NCBI GenBank assembly: GCA_938074205.1
Contig: CALJES010000012.1
Span: 342,840-406,839, forward strand
Direction of reading: 5' to 3'
Length of the DNA: 64,000 nucleotides
Source of the DNA: an uncultured bacterium
Lineage (GTDB): Bacteria > Armatimonadota > UBA5829
The notes beneath the pieces were generated by a model. It saw only the letters and a program-made list of their open reading frames with translations. It had not been told where the DNA came from and ran no database searches. Made by a program: the position numbers and the translations under genes. Shown here in pieces: positions 10,614 through 23,333 of the stretch; positions within the stretch are counted from its first letter, which is position 1; every line of letters begins with the position of its first letter.

Positions 10614-11000
10614 ATGGTTAAGGAGGGTGCAGTAAAAGCGACCACTATGAGTGGAGTGAGTCCGGAAGAGCCCTTATATATGATTGGCGTCGCAGCCAAA
10701 CTCTGCGATCTGCATCCGCAGACGCTGCGAATGTACGAGCGGCTCGGTCTCATACGTCCTGCTAGAGGAGCAAAAGGGAATCGCATGTATTCTCAGGCGG
10801 ATATAGAGCGTTTGCGTCAAATTCAGCGTCTTACGCAGGAGCTAGGCGTCAACTTGGCAGGTGTAGAAGTAATACTCAATCTCCTGGATAAGATGGAGAA
10901 AATGCGACAGGAAATGGAAGCTGAAATCCAGCGGATGCGCAGACTTGTGGAGGAACAGGCTCGGCGCTTGGAGAATTATTCAAATAGTAGCACCCGATAG
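10614..11000 (+). CDS. hspR: Heat-shock repressor HspR (MerR family)
   Basis: PLYMIGVAAKLCDLHPQTLRMYERLGLI..GVNLAGVEVIL, at the end of the dnaK operon. Start may be 10647. Confidence 0.9.
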   Translation: MVKEGAVKATTMSGVSPEEPLYMIGVAAKLCDLHPQTLRMYERLGLIRPARGAKGNRMYSQADIERLRQIQRLTQELGVNLAGVEVILNLLDKMEKMRQEMEAEIQRMRRLVEEQARRLENYSNSSTR

Positions 11001-11104
11001 ACAAAGGGACTTCGATAGTTCGCTAGCCTTGACAAAGGCGAGCGCGAGGAGGAGGTTCCTGCGGCGGAGGGTGGAGTATCAGTTACGGAAAAGGGGGTAG
11101 AGGT

Positions 11105-11311
11105 TTGCTGACAGGCGTCGTCAAGTGGTTCAATGATGCCAAGGGATACGGATTCATTTCCACCGACGAGGGGCAGGACGTGTTCGTGCACTACTCGGCC
11201 ATCGTCATGGAAGGCAGAAAGACGCTACGCGAGGGACAAAGGGTTGAATTTGAAATAACCGACGGCCCAAAAGGTCCGCAAGCTGCGAACGTCCAGCGAA
11301 TATCCGATTAG
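11105..11311 (+). CDS. Cold-shock protein
   Basis: [12 protein letters not shown] (RNP1) and VFVHY (RNP2). Confidence 0.97.
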   Translation: MLTGVVKWFNDAKGYGFISTDEGQDVFVHYSAIVMEGRKTLREGQRVEFEITDGPKGPQAANVQRISD

Positions 11312-11351
11312 CTGTAATTCCTTGGGAATCAAAAGAAAATACAGAAATGCG

Positions 11352-11383
11352 CCCCGGAGCACATTTGCTTCCGGGGATTTTTT
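11352..11383 (+). terminator. Intrinsic terminator after csp
   Basis: CCCCGGA...TCCGGGG stem followed by ATTTTTT. Confidence 0.75.
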
Positions 11384-11407
11384 GTCTGTGTCTGCCGTTG
11401 TTGGTTG

Positions 11408-13594
11408 CTACGCAGCAAGCTTGCTTCTTCTGCCGAAAAGAACGTCGTGCTCCAACATATCTCCGAGTTGCTCCGCGGGCACGGGGTATGCAATAAAGTA
11501 TCCTTGGATTTCGTCACAGCCCAATTTTCTCAGAAAATCGAGCTGTTCCATAGTCTCTACGCCTTCAGCTACCGCGCGAAGCCTCAATGAGTGAGCCATC
11601 GCGATAATTGCGCCGGTTATAGCGGCATCATTTGCATCACTGGTTATATCTTTGACGAACGACCTGTCTATCTTCACCACATCCATCGGCAGCTTTTTCA
11701 GATAGCCTAGAGACGAATAGCCGGTGCCAAAGTCGTCAATTGCTATACCTACTCCCAGATCCTTCAGTTCGCAAAGAACTCGTGCAGCTTCATCAGGAGA
11801 CTGGATCAATGTCTCCTCGGTGAGTTCCAATTCCAGAAATGAGGGATCCAACCCAGTCTCGTTCAAGATTTCTCTTACAACGCGTACGAGGTCCGATCTG
11901 TGGATGTCGTGGGCGGATATGTTTGCTGAGACTTTAATCGGTTCTTCTCGATTAACTTGCCATTTGGCAGCCTGTCGGCAGCAGTTGCTGAGGACCCACC
12001 TGCTTATAGGAATTATAATACCGGTCTCTTCGGCTAGATTTATGAATTGGGATGGATACAGAAGGCCTGATTGCGGATGTTGCCATCTGACAAGAGCTTC
12101 GGCAGCGACTATAGATCCGCTCTCGATATCTACTCGCGGTTGAAAGTGGAGCCGAAATTCATCCTTCTCAATGGCTTTTCGCAGGTCAAGTTCAAGTGTC
12201 ATTCTTCTGACAAGTTCCGTGTGCAAAGAAGGTGTATACATTCTATAGGTGTTCTTGCCAGCTTCTTTGGCTGTATACATAGCTGCATCTGCGTTTTTGA
12301 CAAGAGTTTCGACATCTGTTCCATGGTCAGGAAAAATACTTATGCCAATGCTTGCGGTTACATAGATTTCCCGATTTTCAATCAGGAAAGGTTTAGATAG
12401 TTCTACCAGGATGGCATCAGCTATTGAAATAGCTTGTTCCGCGTTCTGCAACCCTGTAAGCAGGATAGTAAATTCATCACCGCCCATGCGTGCCACAGTG
12501 CCTGTACCACCCAGTAGTGCCGAAAGACGATCAGCAACTGCTTTTATCAGCTTGTCGCCGGAGCTGTGTCCGAGGGAGTCGTTGATAAGCTTTAGCCGGT
12601 CGATGTCCAAGAACAAAACTGCGATTATAAGCCTCTCCTCGTGAGCCCGAGCTATTTCATGGTTTAGGCGATCACTAAAAACGAGCCTGTTCGGTAGACC
12701 TGTGAGATGATCTTTATAAGCGAGGCGCTTGAGCTTCTCTTGATATAGCTTGGTCTCGGTTATGTCCCGCACCATCTCGATTGCACCGGTAACGTTGCCA
12801 TCCGCATCGTAGATCGGTGAAGCCGTTGCGCAGACGTATTTTCCTTTGGGAGGCAAAAACGGTATAAATATTTCCGCCGTCAAGACACTCCCTGCCTGCC
12901 TCAAATCCCGATACTCGTATTTATCCAAGACACTCGGGTCTAAAACTGCGTTTGCCAGCACAGGTCTCCTTTCACCGTAGAAAGGAACTGCGGACTCATA
13001 AGAATTTTTACCCAGCATCTCGCAGGCAGGGATGCCGGTCAGCTCTTCAGCCGCGCGGTTCCAAGCCACAACTTTGCCCTCTTTGTCGATCACCATCACG
13101 GCGTGCGGGAGAAAGTCAATTATGTCTGCCAGCATTCTCTGGGAATTAAGGTTCGTCTTCTCAGCTTTTCTGCGAAGACCTATTTCTCGCTTGAGCCGGT
13201 CGCTTAATTTCCGTACTCTGTCTTGGACCATTTCTAGTTGATGTTGCATAGATAACAATTCGCTGGAATTGGCAACCCCCTCCGGGGGTCCACCAGACGA
13301 AAATTGAGACTTTTTGCGTCTGTGGCCGGTGCGCTGTTCGTCGGCTTTGTCGCTCGCAGTAGAAAGCAACTGTTCTCTGAGGGATTCGATGGCTCGACCG
13401 CTGTACCTACCGATTGCCCATGCGAACACAGCCATAAGACACGCAGCGAACGCTCCGACAATAAGTGCGTTATTACTGCTAGCTCGATGATTCCAAATTG
13501 CTATGAGTGTAGGAACCAAACCCGTGGCGAAAACAAGTAGCGAGAGGCGTGTTCCAAATCGTCGAGGGACTAGCCAGGCAAAAAACTTTCGCAT
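11408..13594 (-). CDS. Membrane-anchored PAS-GGDEF-EAL diguanylate cyclase/phosphodiesterase
   Basis: Two N-terminal TMs, PAS (WNRAAE), intact GGDEF, EAL and DDFGTGYSS. Confidence 0.95.
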   Translation of the reverse strand: MRKFFAWLVPRRFGTRLSLLVFATGLVPTLIAIWNHRASSNNALIVGAFAACLMAVFAWAIGRYSGRAIESLREQLLSTASDKADEQRTGHRRKKSQFSSGGPPEGVANSSELLSMQHQLEMVQDRVRKLSDRLKREIGLRRKAEKTNLNSQRMLADIIDFLPHAVMVIDKEGKVVAWNRAAEELTGIPACEMLGKNSYESAVPFYGERRPVLANAVLDPSVLDKYEYRDLRQAGSVLTAEIFIPFLPPKGKYVCATASPIYDADGNVTGAIEMVRDITETKLYQEKLKRLAYKDHLTGLPNRLVFSDRLNHEIARAHEERLIIAVLFLDIDRLKLINDSLGHSSGDKLIKAVADRLSALLGGTGTVARMGGDEFTILLTGLQNAEQAISIADAILVELSKPFLIENREIYVTASIGISIFPDHGTDVETLVKNADAAMYTAKEAGKNTYRMYTPSLHTELVRRMTLELDLRKAIEKDEFRLHFQPRVDIESGSIVAAEALVRWQHPQSGLLYPSQFINLAEETGIIIPISRWVLSNCCRQAAKWQVNREEPIKVSANISAHDIHRSDLVRVVREILNETGLDPSFLELELTEETLIQSPDEAARVLCELKDLGVGIAIDDFGTGYSSLGYLKKLPMDVVKIDRSFVKDITSDANDAAITGAIIAMAHSLRLRAVAEGVETMEQLDFLRKLGCDEIQGYFIAYPVPAEQLGDMLEHDVLFGRRSKLAA

Positions 13595-13678
13595 TAGCTG
13601 GTCCTTTCCAACAGGTAGATCGCAGCGAACTAGTCGATGGGAGCGATCAATCTGAATAGCCTTGAACTTACGCCACTA

Positions 13679-13705
13679 TTATTGGCATCTTCGAAGACTT
13701 CTTGA
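13679..13705 (-). promoter_or_regulatory. sigma28 (FliA/SigD)-like promoter
   Basis: Minus strand TCAA-N15-GCCAATAA versus consensus TAAA-N15-GCCGATAA, about 85 bp upstream of the GGDEF-EAL start. Confidence 0.55.
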
Positions 13706-13819
13706 GGTATGGTGAGAGCGGAGGTGCGAAGCTATGAGTGAGTAATCAGACAAACCTGAGATGTTCTTTCTGCCTAGTTGGCACTTTTGACCGCGCGTGT
13801 TTTCCTCCATTACCACGTC

Positions 13820-14551
13820 TTACACACTGCGCGCCAGTGCGTAGACATACACCGATGCTGCTCCAGCCCAGCGCAGAGCTTTCGCAACTTCGTTAGCAGT
13901 AGCTCCTGTGGTGAAAACGTCGTCGATCAAGAGAACCTTTTTTCCCCAAACATCCCGTGTGTGCGTTACTACGAAGGCTCCTTGGAGATTGAGTGACCTC
14001 TGAGATTCCGGCAGCCCGACTTGATCTAAAGTTTTCTTTTCCTTTTTCATTAACCTCTCATCAAATGGAAATCTGAGTGCGGCTGCAATTCTTAGTGCGA
14101 GCTCGCCGGATTGGTTGAATCCGCGTTCTAAGAACCGATCTCGGTGTATGGGCACCGGTACTACCAAATCCGGTTTGAGCCCAGGGTAAAGCCGAGGAAA
14201 TTCACGCACCATAAGTTGCGCAAGGGGTTCTGTCATTGCTGTTTGCAGGTCGTATTTGAATGCGTGGATCGCGTCGCGCAACACGCCGTCATAGATGCCC
14301 ACGCAGCGCGCCTGTACAAAGTGATAGTTTCGGCCACTGCACTCGCAATGTGAGCCTTGTGAATCTGTCCGCGGGATTCCGCACCTGCTGCAATAAGGAT
14401 ATTCTATTATTTCAATGCGATTGGCGCATTCGGTGCATAAGTACTGGTCACCAGGTTTGCCGCAGACAAGGCAAAAAGGGGGATACACTATATCAAGCAG
14501 GCCTTCCCAAAACTGTTCAAAAAAGCAAGATACGCGCGACAGCAGCAGCAT
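13820..14551 (-). CDS. ComF-family protein (double zinc ribbon + phosphoribosyltransferase)
   Basis: CxxC pairs, RGFNQ, VLLIDDVFTTGAT. Confidence 0.92.
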   Translation of the reverse strand: MLLLSRVSCFFEQFWEGLLDIVYPPFCLVCGKPGDQYLCTECANRIEIIEYPYCSRCGIPRTDSQGSHCECSGRNYHFVQARCVGIYDGVLRDAIHAFKYDLQTAMTEPLAQLMVREFPRLYPGLKPDLVVPVPIHRDRFLERGFNQSGELALRIAAALRFPFDERLMKKEKKTLDQVGLPESQRSLNLQGAFVVTHTRDVWGKKVLLIDDVFTTGATANEVAKALRWAGAASVYVYALARSV

Positions 14552-15484
14552 CTACTCCACCGGTTCGAAGTGGACGATTCGCCGAAACTCTTCGTAGCGG
14601 TTGTTGATATCGTTCATCGTCAACGTGCGAAGCCGATTTAGGCTGAAGTCTTGCACATTGAAAGATGCCAATGTGCTGCCGTATACAACAGCTCGTCGTA
14701 GATGATCGCGGTCAATGACACCTGCCTGCGCCATATAACCCATGAAACCGCCTGCAAACGTATCACCTGCGCCAGTCGGATCTACAACTTCGTAGAGCGG
14801 GTAGGGGGCTGCCATAAAGCACAGGTCTGAATCGCAATAGAGGACAGCTCCATGTTCGCCCTTCTTAATAACTACGTAATTTGGTCCTAGCTTGTGAATT
14901 TCATGTGCGGCGCGGTTCAAATTTGTCTGCCCTGTAAGCAGCCGTGCTTCAGCGTCGTTCATAAACGCTACGTCTACCTTTCGCAGCACGTTCAGCAGCG
15001 ATGGGTGCTTTCGCTCAATCCAGAAATTCATGGTGTCGCAGGCAACTAGCTGTGGTGAGTCAATTTGATCGAGCACTTCAAGCTGTAAATCGGGATCGAT
15101 GTTGGCTAGGAACACGTATTTTGATAACCTGTATTCGGAGGGTAACTCTGGTTTGAAGTTTTCGAAGACGTTTAACTCCGTTTTGATTGTCTGTGCGTTA
15201 TTCAGATCGTCTAGATAGGCTCCTTGCCAATGGAACGTCTTCTTTCCTTTTGCCACTTGTAGTCCACTCGTATCAATTCCGCGCGAGATCAGAAATGCCA
15301 AGTGCTCCTCTGGAAAGTCGTCTCCGACAACTCCTACTATGCGAACCGCTGCAAAGAAGCTCGCCGCAACTGCAGAATATACTGCTGCTCCGCCAAGTGC
15401 CCGCTCAACCTTGCCCGTTGGGGTTTCTACTGAGTCTAGCGCTACGCTTCCGACAATCAACACAGAGTTGTCCCCACGTGCCAA
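14552..15484 (-). CDS. PfkB-family carbohydrate/nucleoside kinase
   Basis: VGSVALD, LGGAA, DPTGAGDTFAGG. Confidence 0.92.
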   Translation of the reverse strand: MARGDNSVLIVGSVALDSVETPTGKVERALGGAAVYSAVAASFFAAVRIVGVVGDDFPEEHLAFLISRGIDTSGLQVAKGKKTFHWQGAYLDDLNNAQTIKTELNVFENFKPELPSEYRLSKYVFLANIDPDLQLEVLDQIDSPQLVACDTMNFWIERKHPSLLNVLRKVDVAFMNDAEARLLTGQTNLNRAAHEIHKLGPNYVVIKKGEHGAVLYCDSDLCFMAAPYPLYEVVDPTGAGDTFAGGFMGYMAQAGVIDRDHLRRAVVYGSTLASFNVQDFSLNRLRTLTMNDINNRYEEFRRIVHFEPVE

Positions 15485-15590
15485 ACCTACAACCTCCGTT
15501 GCGCTACAAACAGCATTGTCCTAAAGTGTTTTGCCTGAGTGTTACTTGGTACCAATGCTAACAATGCTAATAATCCAAATAATCAATGAG

Positions 15591-17683
<2,093 letters not shown>

Positions 17684-17772
17684 TTAAGGCGATGAGCTCT
17701 GCCAATGGTGCTCAGGAGCAATTCCCACCCTCCAGTGGTCCGATTAGTTTTGCTTGATAATACAATTGACTA

Positions 17773-18843
17773 TCAAGAACAGGAGTTTGCATTCGTTCGC
17801 CGCACGGGGTCGACGATAACTCCATCGAAAACTGCAGCCGATGACTTGACACTACAGTTCTGAGCTACCACGCAGCGCTCCAACATAGTGCCGCGCATAA
17901 CGCATGCACCATGCCATAGAATGCTCTGCTTAACTACGGCGCCTTCTTCCAACACGCAGTTGTCCGCCAAGACGGAGTACTCCAGCAACCGCGCGCCTTT
18001 TTCGATCCTGCAGTTATTGCCGATGACAACAGGATAGCCGATTTCTGCGCTGGGGTCAATTTCGACGTTTTCCCCCATCCACACGTACTTGCGCACTTCG
18101 GGCACTGGTATCTTGATGTCGACGCGACCGTTCATCGCATCGATATGAGCTTCGCGATACTTGCGAAGGTTGCCAACGTCTTTCCAGTAACTGGAGGTAA
18201 GGTATCCGAAAAATCTTTTTCTTTGCTCCAAGAGCATGGGGAATAGATCATTGCCGAAGCCATAGTGCACGCCCTTGGGTATCAGCTCGAATATCTCTCG
18301 GCTGAACACATAAACGCCGGTATTCGCTGAATTGGAGAATATGACTTCTCCCTTCGGTTTCTCAAGAAACCTGGTGATTCGTCCGCGCTCGTTCAAGAGA
18401 GCTATTCCGTATTCCGAGGGGTCATCAACCAGCGACAGAGCTATTGTAGCTATTGCTTTCTTTTCTTTGTGAAACTGGACCAAGCGGGTGATATCCATAT
18501 CAACCAAATCGTCGCCGCCGACAACCAGGAAAGTATCTTCGTCGAAAAAGTCTTCACATCGCTTCACACTTCCGGCATCTCCCCACAGTCGGTCCTCGGG
18601 TGAGTAGTGGATTCGTACTCCCCAGCGCTCGCCGCTGCCAAAATGGGCTTCAATCTGATCCCCAAGGTAGTGCAGGTTCACGATAATATCCTTAATCCCG
18701 TTCCTGGCGAGCATCTCGACTATATGCTCCATGACGGGCTTGTTAACTATAGGAACCATGGGCTTAGGGATATTCCTGGTGAGCGGGTCTAATCTCGATC
18801 CAACACCGGCGGCCAATATCATCGCTTTCATAGTGTGTCGCAC
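17773..18843 (-). CDS. Sugar-phosphate nucleotidyltransferase (mannose-1-phosphate guanylyltransferase-like) with LbH C-terminus
   Basis: AMILAAGVGSRL.PLT...PKPM, FLEKP, WKDVG, hexapeptide repeats. Confidence 0.9.
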   Translation of the reverse strand: MRHTMKAMILAAGVGSRLDPLTRNIPKPMVPIVNKPVMEHIVEMLARNGIKDIIVNLHYLGDQIEAHFGSGERWGVRIHYSPEDRLWGDAGSVKRCEDFFDEDTFLVVGGDDLVDMDITRLVQFHKEKKAIATIALSLVDDPSEYGIALLNERGRITRFLEKPKGEVIFSNSANTGVYVFSREIFELIPKGVHYGFGNDLFPMLLEQRKRFFGYLTSSYWKDVGNLRKYREAHIDAMNGRVDIKIPVPEVRKYVWMGENVEIDPSAEIGYPVVIGNNCRIEKGARLLEYSVLADNCVLEEGAVVKQSILWHGACVMRGTMLERCVVAQNCSVKSSAAVFDGVIVDPVRRTNANSCS

Positions 18844-18866
18844 CTAACAGTAGTCTGTTTTGTTTT

Positions 18867-19979
18867 CTAGCTGCTCAACTCTTGCACACACTTCCTCACT
18901 GCTTCGACGACTTGCTCTCGTTGCGAGCTGGTAAGCTCAGGGAAGACAGGCAAACTGAGCACTTCCTTGGCTGCCCTTTCGGCCTCGGGAAAGTCTCCTT
19001 CTTTGTATCCCAGTTGGGCATAGGCCTTTTGTACGTGTAATGGGCTGGGGTAAAACACCGCAGATCCGATATCCATTTCAGCAAGTTTTGCTTTAAGTTC
19101 GTCGCGCTTCGGAAAACGGATCGTGAATTGGTGATACGTGTGGTAATTGTCGGAATTTGCCACCGGAAGCTGTAGAGGTAGATCCCTTAGCGCCTCTAAG
19201 TAGTACGTCGCATTTGCAATACGTGCAGCATTCCAGGACTCGAGATACTTCAGCTTCACACGTAGTATTGCCGCTTGTATCTCGTCCAATCTGCTGCAAT
19301 AGCCAACGTATTGGTACGAATAAGCTGAATCCTGACCGTGGAAGCGCAGTGACTTCGCACGTGCGCACAACTCGGGGTCATTTGTTAGTACCATACCTCC
19401 GTCTCCGCATGCGCCGAGGTTTTTCGTCGGATAAAAGCTCAAGGTCACCGCGTCTCCAAAAGCACCTATGCCCTTGCCTTTGTGCTTTGAGCCTATGGCC
19501 TGTGCACCGTCTGCGATTAGCTTCAGGCCGTACCTTTTCGCCACTTGTTCCAGGCGTTCTACCTGAGCGCACTGCCCATAAAGGTGCACGGGCAGAATAG
19601 CTTTCGTGCGTTCCGTTATCGCTTGTTCTACAAGGTCGGCATTAAGGTTGAAGTCTCGGGGATCTATGTCCACATAAACAGGCTTTGCACCAACAATCAT
19701 TATCGCTTCTGTAGTAGCGACGAACGTGAACGGCGTGGTAATGACTTCGTCTCCCGGTCCGACTCCCGCTGCTGCCAGTGCAATAACTATTGCGTCCGTA
19801 CCTGAGTTCACTGCAACTCCGAACCGCGAATTACAAACGGCGGGTACTTCCTCTTCCAAAGCGCTGACGTTCGGTCCCAGAATAAATTGTCCGCTTTCAA
19901 GAACTGAATCGATCGCGGATGCAATCTCATCCCTGAGCGCATCAGTCTGCGCTTTGGGATTTGCCATAGGAACAACCAA
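18867..19979 (-). CDS. DegT/DnrJ/EryC1/StrS PLP-dependent sugar aminotransferase
   Basis: NSGTDA, PVHLYGQ, SFYPTKNLGA.GDGG. Confidence 0.95.
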   Translation of the reverse strand: MVVPMANPKAQTDALRDEIASAIDSVLESGQFILGPNVSALEEEVPAVCNSRFGVAVNSGTDAIVIALAAAGVGPGDEVITTPFTFVATTEAIMIVGAKPVYVDIDPRDFNLNADLVEQAITERTKAILPVHLYGQCAQVERLEQVAKRYGLKLIADGAQAIGSKHKGKGIGAFGDAVTLSFYPTKNLGACGDGGMVLTNDPELCARAKSLRFHGQDSAYSYQYVGYCSRLDEIQAAILRVKLKYLESWNAARIANATYYLEALRDLPLQLPVANSDNYHTYHQFTIRFPKRDELKAKLAEMDIGSAVFYPSPLHVQKAYAQLGYKEGDFPEAERAAKEVLSLPVFPELTSSQREQVVEAVRKCVQELSS

Positions 19980-20363
19980 TGGTGTTACTCCTTTTTTAGT
20001 TGATCTTCAAATTGAAATACCGCGCAGTATTATGCTGTCTTTCGAAGGTATCTGTCAAATGGGCTGATTTCGCTAGTCTAGACTATGTGTGAATGGTCAT
20101 CTCTTGAAAGAAGCAACGCACTCTCTGGGCAGCAACATAAAGAGGTAAGTATAGTGTTTTGCGAAAGCTATTTTGCAACAACTAGGCTTGAAGGAAGAAG
20201 TTCTGGAATTTTGAGCGGTCAAGTTTTAGGAGTGGTGACGGTTTGGGAAACGGTGCGAATCGAGATTGCTCTTAAGGCTTCGGAGTAGAGCATGTCAACC
20301 AGGATTTTGCTGTTTCTCGTGATGCGTTTGCCAAAGCTCGGGAGTCTATTGTAAGCTATCAAT

Positions 20364-21599
20364 ATGGACTGGCAGAAGAGACGTTGGACGGTTCTAGCAG
20401 GTTGTATATTAGCAAATTTAGCAAGCGGTGCTCCTTATGCCACAAGCATATTTAAGAAGCACATTGTGGCCCTGTGGGGAATGACGAACGAGCAGTGGGC
20501 TGTGGTATTCTCCATGATGCTGATATTGTGGCCTATGGGCATGCTGTTATCCGCCAGGTGGGTGGATAAGGGTGGTGCGCGAATTTTGGTGGTTTGTGGC
20601 GGGTTTTTGCTTGGCCTTGGGTTCTTTTTAGCCGGGTCTACTAGGTCGTTTTCCTTGCTTTGCTTAAGTTTTTCCTTGGCATCTCTGGGAATAGGCTTTT
20701 CGTACGGAGCGGCTGTTGCACTTTCCGTGAAGTGGTTTCCTGAAAGGCGAGGGTTGGCTTCCGGTTTGACGGTTGGAGCACTCGGTTTCGGGACTGCGAT
20801 TATTTCCGCAGTTGGGCAGTGGCTGTTAGAATCTAGAGGGATTGCTGTTGCATCCGTGCTGCAGATATTTGGTGTAGCCTTTTTTCTCCTGCTGATTGCA
20901 GCGGCATGCGCGGTTGCCAATCCGCCTGCAAAATTATCGGGTTTGGTATCCAACTATGGCAGCCGTGATGTGTCGTGGAATGAAATGATTCTGCGGGGTC
21001 GGTTTTGGTTGCTATACTTGCTTTATGTGTGCGGAACTTTCTCAGGACTTATGGTAATTAGCCAAGCGGCTCCAATTGCAATCGAGATGGCTCGAATGAG
21101 CCCAACGGCTGCTGCGGGTGTGGTTTCCGTGATGGGTCTGGCAAATGCAGCTGGGCGCTTTGTGTGGGGAGCTGCATCCGACAAACTTGGGCGTTTTACC
21201 GTACTAACGTTACTTTTTGCAATAACAGCGTCTTTAGTGGCTGGTCTGCCAGCTCTTGGGCGCGAAAGCGCTATATTGGCTGCCGCACTTTTTGTTCTCG
21301 CGCTTTGCTTTGGAGGTTTTTTAGGAACGTTTCCTTCGATTTGTGCCGATTATTTCGGAGCAAAGAATGCGGCTGTCAACTACGCTTTGCTATTTACTGC
21401 GTTTGGAATATCAGGGGTGCTGGGACCGAGAGTGGGGGCAATGTTTGGTACAACTCCTGCCGCATTTGCTCGGGCCTTCCAAGTAGCAGCGGGTGTTGCA
21501 GGAGCCGGTCTCGTTCTTGCTGTTTTTCTGCGGCTGGCTGAGCTGAGGTCCAATAGATTTAGACTTAGTATATCCCAGCTCGAAAGGAGTGAGGTATAG
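20364..21599 (+). CDS. MFS transporter, OFA/MCT-like
   Basis: About 12 TMs, [36 protein letters not shown]. Confidence 0.9.
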   Translation: MDWQKRRWTVLAGCILANLASGAPYATSIFKKHIVALWGMTNEQWAVVFSMMLILWPMGMLLSARWVDKGGARILVVCGGFLLGLGFFLAGSTRSFSLLCLSFSLASLGIGFSYGAAVALSVKWFPERRGLASGLTVGALGFGTAIISAVGQWLLESRGIAVASVLQIFGVAFFLLLIAAACAVANPPAKLSGLVSNYGSRDVSWNEMILRGRFWLLYLLYVCGTFSGLMVISQAAPIAIEMARMSPTAAAGVVSVMGLANAAGRFVWGAASDKLGRFTVLTLLFAITASLVAGLPALGRESAILAAALFVLALCFGGFLGTFPSICADYFGAKNAAVNYALLFTAFGISGVLGPRVGAMFGTTPAAFARAFQVAAGVAGAGLVLAVFLRLAELRSNRFRLSISQLERSEV

Positions 21600-21604
21600 C
21601 TTCT

Positions 21605-23287
21605 GTGGAGAGCACGCAGACTTCTACGGATTTCATCCGCGAGATCATAAGGCAAGATCTCGCTGAGGGTAGGTTTGATAGGGTTCATACGCGTTTTCCA
21701 CCGGAGCCGAACGCGTACCTACATCTCGGCCACGCGAAGGCTATTTGGATAAACTACAGTATAGCCCAGGAATTCGGTGGCCTATTCAACCTTCGCTTTG
21801 ACGATACCAATCCTTTAACAGAGGAGAAAGAGTTCGTTGATGCAATAATTGAGGACGTCCGGTGGCTGGGAGTCGACTTTGGTGACCGAGTGTTTTTCGG
21901 CTCAGACTACTTTGAGCAGCAGTATCAATGGGCCATAGAGCTTATCAAAAAAGGCAAGGCGTACGTATGCGATCTGTCTCCTGAAGAAGTCGCCGCAACT
22001 CGTGGAACACCCACGCAGCCGGGCATAGAGAGCCCATATCGAAACAGAAGCGTTGAGGAAAACTTAGACCTATTTCAACGTATGCGAGCGGGCGAGTTTC
22101 CAGACGGCTCGCGCACCCTTCGAGCAAAGATAGACATGGCCTCACCCAATCTGCTGATGCGCGACCCAGTAATGTATAGGATCCGCCATGCAGAGCACCA
22201 TCGACAAGGAAACAAGTGGTGCATCTATCCGATGTACGACTGGGCACATCCTCTGCAGGACTCCATCGAGGGTATTACGCATTCGCTGTGCTCTTTGGAG
22301 TATGAGAACCATCGTCCGCTCTACGACTGGTTCTTGGATGAGCTAGGGATATACCACCCTCGTCAGATAGAATTTGCTCGTCTAAATATGACATACACGG
22401 TTATGAGCAAGCGGCGATTCATTGATCTTGTAGAAGGCGGATACGTGAGGGGTTTCGACGATCCGCGGCTTCCGACGATTGCCGGCTTGCGCCGTCGAGG
22501 TTATACGCCTGAAGCGATTCGCGAGTTCTGCTCCCGCATCGGAGTGGCAAAAGCCTACAACGTGGTAGATATCGCCGTATTGGAAGACTGCATCCGCGAT
22601 GATCTCAACAAACGTGCCGAACGGCGAATGGCGGTGTTAAACCCACTGAAGGTTGTTATAATCAACTATCCGGAGGGCAAGACAGAGGAATTCGATGCTG
22701 TCAACAATCCAGAGGATCCTTCTGCAGGAACTAGGAAGGTGCCCTTCTGCCGTGAGCTGTACATAGAGCAGGACGACTTCCGTGAGATTCCGCCGCCGAA
22801 GTATTATAGACTGGCTCCTGGTCGAGAAGTCCGGTTGAGATATGCATACTTCATAAAGTGCGTGGATGTTGTCAAGGATGCTGAGGGCAACGTCGTCGAA
22901 CTTCGGTGCACTTACGATCCAGCAACACGCGGCGGCGATGCTCCCGACGGCCGCAAGGTGAAAGCGACGCTACATTGGGTGTCTGCAAGGCACGCGGTGG
23001 AAGCGGAGGCAAGACTATACGACCACCTGTTTGTCAAACCGGATCCTGAGGAGGTAGAACCAGGCGGCAGTTTCTTAGATAACCTCAACCCGAATTCTCT
23101 TCAAATTATACGGTGTTTTGTAGAACCAAGTGTGATTGGAAGTGAAGTCGGAACCCGATACCAGTTCGAGCGGCTTGGCTACTTCTGTGTGGATCCCGAT
23201 TCGACGCCTTCAAGACTCGTTTTTAACCGCACGGTGACTCTTCGCGATACGTGGGCAAAGGTGGAGAGGACTCTGGGTATTCGCTGA
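21605..23287 (+). CDS. glnS: Glutamine--tRNA ligase
   Basis: [33 protein letters not shown]. Confidence 0.97.
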   Translation: MESTQTSTDFIREIIRQDLAEGRFDRVHTRFPPEPNAYLHLGHAKAIWINYSIAQEFGGLFNLRFDDTNPLTEEKEFVDAIIEDVRWLGVDFGDRVFFGSDYFEQQYQWAIELIKKGKAYVCDLSPEEVAATRGTPTQPGIESPYRNRSVEENLDLFQRMRAGEFPDGSRTLRAKIDMASPNLLMRDPVMYRIRHAEHHRQGNKWCIYPMYDWAHPLQDSIEGITHSLCSLEYENHRPLYDWFLDELGIYHPRQIEFARLNMTYTVMSKRRFIDLVEGGYVRGFDDPRLPTIAGLRRRGYTPEAIREFCSRIGVAKAYNVVDIAVLEDCIRDDLNKRAERRMAVLNPLKVVIINYPEGKTEEFDAVNNPEDPSAGTRKVPFCRELYIEQDDFREIPPPKYYRLAPGREVRLRYAYFIKCVDVVKDAEGNVVELRCTYDPATRGGDAPDGRKVKATLHWVSARHAVEAEARLYDHLFVKPDPEEVEPGGSFLDNLNPNSLQIIRCFVEPSVIGSEVGTRYQFERLGYFCVDPDSTPSRLVFNRTVTLRDTWAKVERTLGIR

Positions 23288-23333
23288 GAAGTTGCTCAGC
23301 GGTTAGTGAGCTACATTTCGTGAAACGAAAGCC

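Noticed and set aside
20085..20288. 67-aa ORF in a divergent intergenic region
   Set aside because: No SD and no recognisable motif.
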